NCBI GenBank assembly: GCA_041659825.1
Contig: JBAZXL010000009.1
Span: 39,455 to 103,454, forward strand
DNA from: Hyphomicrobium sp.
GTDB taxonomy: Bacteria > Pseudomonadota > Alphaproteobacteria > Rhizobiales > Hyphomicrobiaceae
DNA: 64,000 nt
Direction: 5' to 3'
Positions 60,134 through 64,000 of this stretch are shown one piece after another. A program made the translations under genes and the position numbers. Each line of letters begins with the position of its first letter. Positions within the stretch are counted from its first letter, which is position 1. Under the pieces are notes generated by a model. That model did no database searches. It was not told where the DNA came from and saw nothing but the letters and a program-made list of their open reading frames with translations.

Positions 60134-61566
60134 GGCGTGACCTCCGGCTTCGCGGGCTCGGAGAACGCCTTCAACGCCGCCTGCAGATTGCTTTCGGCGT
60201 CAATCAGGAAGTTGCCATTGACGACGACACGATCGCCCTCCGCCACCCCGTCGAGGATCTCGGCAAAGCCGTCGCCTCTGCGTCCCACTTTGACGGCCCG
60301 CGGCTCGAAGCGGCCCTCGCCGCGATCCACCAGCACCACTTGCCGCGCACCGCTGTCGATGACAGCGCTTGTGGGCACTGCCACCACCGGAACTCCCTCT
60401 CCCGTGGAAATGGCTACGTCGCCGTACATGTCAGGTAAAAGAGCGAGATCGGAATTCGCGAGCTCGATGCGAACGCGGGCTGTGCGCGTTTCTTTCATGA
60501 GATGCGGATAGACGATAGCCACATTGCCTTTGAAAACGCGTCCGGGCCAGGCGCGCGTTGTGACCTGGACCGGCTGACCAACTTTGAGAGCATCGATGTC
60601 GCCCTCCGCAACGTCGGCCATCATCCAAACCACGGAATGGTCCGCGATGCGGAACAACACGTCGCCGGCCTTGAAGGCTTGGCCGTCTACGGCATTGCGT
60701 TCCAAGACCACTCCATCCAAGGGTGCGCGGACGATGAACGTATTCGGTACCTGCCCCGTTCGCCGAACAGCATCAATGAATTCCAATGGCGCGCCCAAAT
60801 TCTCAAGCCTACGGGCAGCGCCAATGCTGCGGCCGTTTCCTTCAGTTTTGTTCGACGACTTACGCCGGTCAGCATCGATCTCAACTCCGAGGTTCGCTGC
60901 CCAGCCCACAACTTCTTGACTGAAGAGCGTGACAAGCTCATCGCCTCTTTTCACATGAGAGGCGGTGGTCGCCGGCCCCACGCTCGCGACAAATCCGTCG
61001 TAGCGCGGCGCCACGACCGCTATCCGGCGTTCGTCGAGTTGCACAACACCGGGCGCCTTGATGGTGCGCGTCAGAACCTGCCTTCCAATCAGCGCAGTCT
61101 CAACGCCCGTACGCTGCAGTTTTCCGAGCGACACCTTTACTGAACCGTCGTCCGAGTCTTCGACTTCATAGACAGCGATGTAGTCCATCCCCATCGAATC
61201 CTTTTTGGGCACTGGCGAAGTGTCGGGCAGGCCCATTGGATTGCGGTAGAACTTGATCTTTCGCTCACCGGGTGCGACCTCGGCCGCTGGCTCAGCATCG
61301 AAGTTCACGTCCTCGCTGGCGAGTACGGGCACATAATCGCGACCATCATCGGTCTTGCGGGGCGTCATTGAGTAGAATGGCCGCTTGTCGGGGTCACGAT
61401 AGTAGATGGCTCCCCCCGAAGGCGTAGCGGGGGACGTCTCGGAAGTCGTTGCGGAAGGTTGGACCTGCGGCAAGTGAAGCAGACCATTTTGGCCCGCCCA
61501 CACTCCGGCGCCCGCCGCGACCACCATGGCCGCAGCGGTTGCCTTGTTCCTGGCGAGGGAGGTCAT
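60130..61566 (-). CDS. cusB: CusB-like membrane fusion protein
   Basis: FYRNPMG..KKDSMGMDYI; FLIDAESNL; coupled to cusA. Confidence 0.92.
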   Translation of the reverse strand: MTSLARNKATAAAMVVAAGAGVWAGQNGLLHLPQVQPSATTSETSPATPSGGAIYYRDPDKRPFYSMTPRKTDDGRDYVPVLASEDVNFDAEPAAEVAPGERKIKFYRNPMGLPDTSPVPKKDSMGMDYIAVYEVEDSDDGSVKVSLGKLQRTGVETALIGRQVLTRTIKAPGVVQLDERRIAVVAPRYDGFVASVGPATTASHVKRGDELVTLFSQEVVGWAANLGVEIDADRRKSSNKTEGNGRSIGAARRLENLGAPLEFIDAVRRTGQVPNTFIVRAPLDGVVLERNAVDGQAFKAGDVLFRIADHSVVWMMADVAEGDIDALKVGQPVQVTTRAWPGRVFKGNVAIVYPHLMKETRTARVRIELANSDLALLPDMYGDVAISTGEGVPVVAVPTSAVIDSGARQVVLVDRGEGRFEPRAVKVGRRGDGFAEILDGVAEGDRVVVNGNFLIDAESNLQAALKAFSEPAKPEVTP

Positions 61567-61958
61567 GGCAGTGCTTTCACGATGAGCTTGCTTTGAACAG
61601 TGCCTTCCTCGCCCTGCACCTTGGCGCCGAGCGAAAGCGCCCAGCTGCCCGCCATCATCAGGTTGGTCCTGAAAAGATAGACACCGAGCTCGCTTGACGT
61701 GACCGGCTCAAGCGGGGCGGTCTTCGCCTCCATTTTGTCTGGCCCCATGTCGATGCGCTTGGCGAAAATCACCGCGTCGGGGATGGCTCGGCCCGAGGGC
61801 TTATGGACGAGCTTGACGGCAATGGTCGCCTCGCCTTGTTTCATGTCGTTCTCGTCGAGCCGAAACTCGTAGTCCTTGATGTCCGCCCTTGCTGTGGTCG
61901 CAAGGGCGGTGAGCAGCGCACTGCCGAAGGCAGCTGCGCGCAGATGTTTGTGGATCAT
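61563..61958 (-). CDS. FixH/YtkA-like exported protein
   Basis: Signal peptide; RIDMGPD..M, GVYLFRTNLMMAGSWALSLGAKVQGE. Confidence 0.75.
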   Translation of the reverse strand: MIHKHLRAAAFGSALLTALATTARADIKDYEFRLDENDMKQGEATIAVKLVHKPSGRAIPDAVIFAKRIDMGPDKMEAKTAPLEPVTSSELGVYLFRTNLMMAGSWALSLGAKVQGEEGTVQSKLIVKALP

Positions 61959-62068
61959 TTGTGTATCTCCTGTTGTCGTGAACCGTCGCGACGGCCGTCA
62001 CTGGCCGACGCGTTCAACGGCCACGGCACACGTGCCGTAACCATTGATCGCCCGTTATCGGGCGTGGA

Positions 62069-62446
62069 TCAGACGCTGGGAGGTCGGAGAAGAGGTGCCA
62101 CAAGTGAGCTGGCTACAACGTCGTCAGCGATCGGCGATAACCGCGCCGCGACGGCCATTTCCAGATGCACACCACTTGCAGGAGGTGGCACGAGCTGCTG
62201 GAAGCACTTGACTAAGCAGGTCCCAATTTCCGGGCATACCTTCTGCGGGCAATCCGGACAGGATTTCTGCTGCGCCGGCTTATGACAAGGCATTGCATCG
62301 GATTTCGCCATGTCTCCGGGTGCGGCTTGATGAGCGGTGGCCATCGCCAGCGTGTAGGTGCTGGTCAGCGGCAATGTGACCAGCGCCCCGAGCATCGCAA
62401 AGATGCCGAGGACTCCGAAACACCGTCGGTAAAAGCGTTTTTTCAC
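62069..62446 (-). CDS. Small Cys-rich DUF2946-like metal-island protein
   Basis: GTG62446; TM; MPCH..CPDC..CP..CLVKC; ends LLRPPSV. Confidence 0.6.
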   Translation of the reverse strand: MKKRFYRRCFGVLGIFAMLGALVTLPLTSTYTLAMATAHQAAPGDMAKSDAMPCHKPAQQKSCPDCPQKVCPEIGTCLVKCFQQLVPPPASGVHLEMAVAARLSPIADDVVASSLVAPLLRPPSV

Positions 62447-62624
62447 GGTAGGAATCGTGGCACAGGTTCCTTGGTTCGGCAAGCATAACGCATGTAACGG
62501 CCGGCGCGTTAACTTTATTCGGGCCGGACAAGTCTGGCCCTGTGCCGGGGCAGGTAACTCCACGGGCCAAACGCCAACCGCCCGGCAGCACTCGTCTGGC
62601 GATTGCTGCCGGGGATTATGCTGG

Positions 62625-62999
62625 CTACCTCACGGTAAAGCGGGCCGATACGCCATGCCCATCTTCTGTTTTTCCAGAGAGCAGCACGATCGCGCCCTTG
62701 TTCAAAGGTGTGGAGAGCGGACCGACAAGGTGGTCGCCCTCGACCGTCAACTTGATCTCGGACTTGGTTCCGGCGTCCTGAACGGTCGCCTTGATGGTAT
62801 TGTCTTTGGCCGACAAAGGCTTTCCGTGATTGGTGAGGTAGAGGACGAGCCTTGTCGGCTCGATCACGAGTTCGGCATCGTGATGACCGGCGACGACGGC
62901 AGTTTGTCCGCCATGCTGTCCTGCCTTTTGCGCCAAAGCGGGACCTGATACCGCCAGAGCCACTGCGAGAAGACTGGCGGTCAGCGTGCTACGAGGCAT
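62625..62999 (-). CDS. Small periplasmic protein with an HGG motif (metal-binding candidate)
   Basis: Signal peptide (ALA); GQHGGQ..GHHDAELV; RBS GGAGA. Confidence 0.75.
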   Translation of the reverse strand: MPRSTLTASLLAVALAVSGPALAQKAGQHGGQTAVVAGHHDAELVIEPTRLVLYLTNHGKPLSAKDNTIKATVQDAGTKSEIKLTVEGDHLVGPLSTPLNKGAIVLLSGKTEDGHGVSARFTVR

Positions 63000-63026
63000 G
63001 TTGCGTTCTCCGTTCAATGTGGGGGA

Positions 63027-64000
63027 TCAATAGGCTTCGGCCACACCGTTTCCGATGGCGGCCGTTGTGTTCGCCGCAGCGCGTTCAGCGACAAGCGCCT
63101 CCAGCGGTTTGCGGCCAAACCTCAGAAACAACAACGGTGTTAGCACCGTGTCGATTATTGTAGCTGTGACGAGCCCGCCGAAAATGGTGACCGCAACGGG
63201 ATGAAGGATTTCGCGCCCCGGCTGGTCGGCCCCGATCAACAATGGAATGAGTGCGAGCCCGGCAGCGAGGGCCGTCATCAAAACGGGTGTCAGGCGTTCG
63301 AGGCTACCGCGTATGACCAGCTCCCGTCCAAAAGTCTCACCTTCAAGCACGGCGAGGTTTATGTAGTGACTGATCTTGAGGATGCCGTTGCGTGCCGTGA
63401 TGCCGGCCAGCGTGATGAAGCCAATCATACTGGCGACCGACAACGGTTGTCCGGCAATCCAAAGCGCCACTACGCTTCCGATCAGGGCCAGCGGGATATT
63501 CATAAGAATAATGGTGCTGAGCACGGCAGACTGGTAGCGCGAGTAAAGCACCAGGAAGATCAGGGCGAGAGAAACGAGAGACAGCAGCGCGATGGTGCGC
63601 GTCGCCTGTTCTTGTGCCTGAAATGTGCCATCGACGCGGATCACGTACCCGGAGGGGAGATCCATCTCGGAGGTGATGCGACGGACATCCTCGACTATGG
63701 CCGCCATGTCGCGCACGCCGTCGCCGTTACCGAACAGCAGGATGCGGCGATGCCCGTTCTCCCTGAGAATCTGATTCGGACCCACTGTCTCGTCGACACT
63801 CGCCACATAGTGAAGCGGCACATAGCCGGTCGGCGTAGGGATCAGGACGTCACCCAAGGCGCGCGTCGACCTGTTCTCGTCAGACAGGCGCACAACGACG
63901 TCGAAACGGCGCAGTCCATCACTGACCTGTGAAACGACGCGGCCATTCGAGAGGCCTTCAATCGCCGATGTGACCTGCGCGGGAGACAAGCCGTAGATCG
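63027..64000 (-). CDS. C-terminal part of a CusA/CzcA-family RND permease (truncated by the window edge)
   Basis: RENGHRRI, GFITLAGITARNGIL, ERLTPVLMTAL, EILHPVAVTIFGGL; frame open to 64000. Confidence 0.92.
   Translation of the reverse strand, partial: IYGLSPAQVTSAIEGLSNGRVVSQVSDGLRRFDVVVRLSDENRSTRALGDVLIPTPTGYVPLHYVASVDETVGPNQILRENGHRRILLFGNGDGVRDMAAIVEDVRRITSEMDLPSGYVIRVDGTFQAQEQATRTIALLSLVSLALIFLVLYSRYQSAVLSTIILMNIPLALIGSVVALWIAGQPLSVASMIGFITLAGITARNGILKISHYINLAVLEGETFGRELVIRGSLERLTPVLMTALAAGLALIPLLIGADQPGREILHPVAVTIFGGLVTATIIDTVLTPLLFLRFGRKPLEALVAERAAANTTAAIGNGVAEAY

Overview
High-GC window that looks alphaproteobacterial (Hyphomicrobiales-like; this is inferred from gene families and operator motifs) and resembles part of a conjugative or integrative element or a plasmid. 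No integrase, relaxase, tra/trb or rep gene lies inside the window, so element type cannot be settled. There are three blocks. (1) About 1-27.5 kb is a mobile-element backbone transcribed almost entirely on the minus strand. It carries a strawberry-notch methylase/helicase (frameshifted), a DUF7146/Toprim protein, a DUF2493/SLOG protein, DUF2958, a long ParB, two DUF6927-like proteins, DUF6874 and DUF7007-like genes (both frameshifted), a PcfJ-DUF6878 fusion, DUF6915 and many small hypothetical genes. Its operons have hairpin-rich leaders with a recurrent motif, and unrelated cassettes are inserted between them (PDZ membrane protein, Sel1-AAA ATPase, EF-hand-motif protein, tandem LytTR-like proteins). 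(2) About 27.9-32.3 kb is a three-gene operon encoding a small secreted protein, an 860-aa secreted fibre/adhesin-like protein with five ~100-aa repeats and a Gly-rich tip, and a membrane-bound spermidine-synthase-like methyltransferase. (3) About 32.6-64 kb is a heavy-metal resistance island: an orphan RND pair, a two-component system with a TolC/multicopper oxidase/cupredoxin/CusF operon, rcnRA, czcCBA-like genes with accessory genes, an MFS transporter, a csoR remnant, DUF305, an acyltransferase-3, cusBA and a further RND cut by the window edge. No CRISPR, rRNA or tRNA was seen. All family names come from motif recognition by eye, not database searches. The best candidates for new biology are the fibre operon, the structured-leader backbone with putative anti-defence genes (PcfJ-DUF6878/DUF6915), the tandem half-LytTR proteins and the EccA-like Sel1-AAA ATPase.
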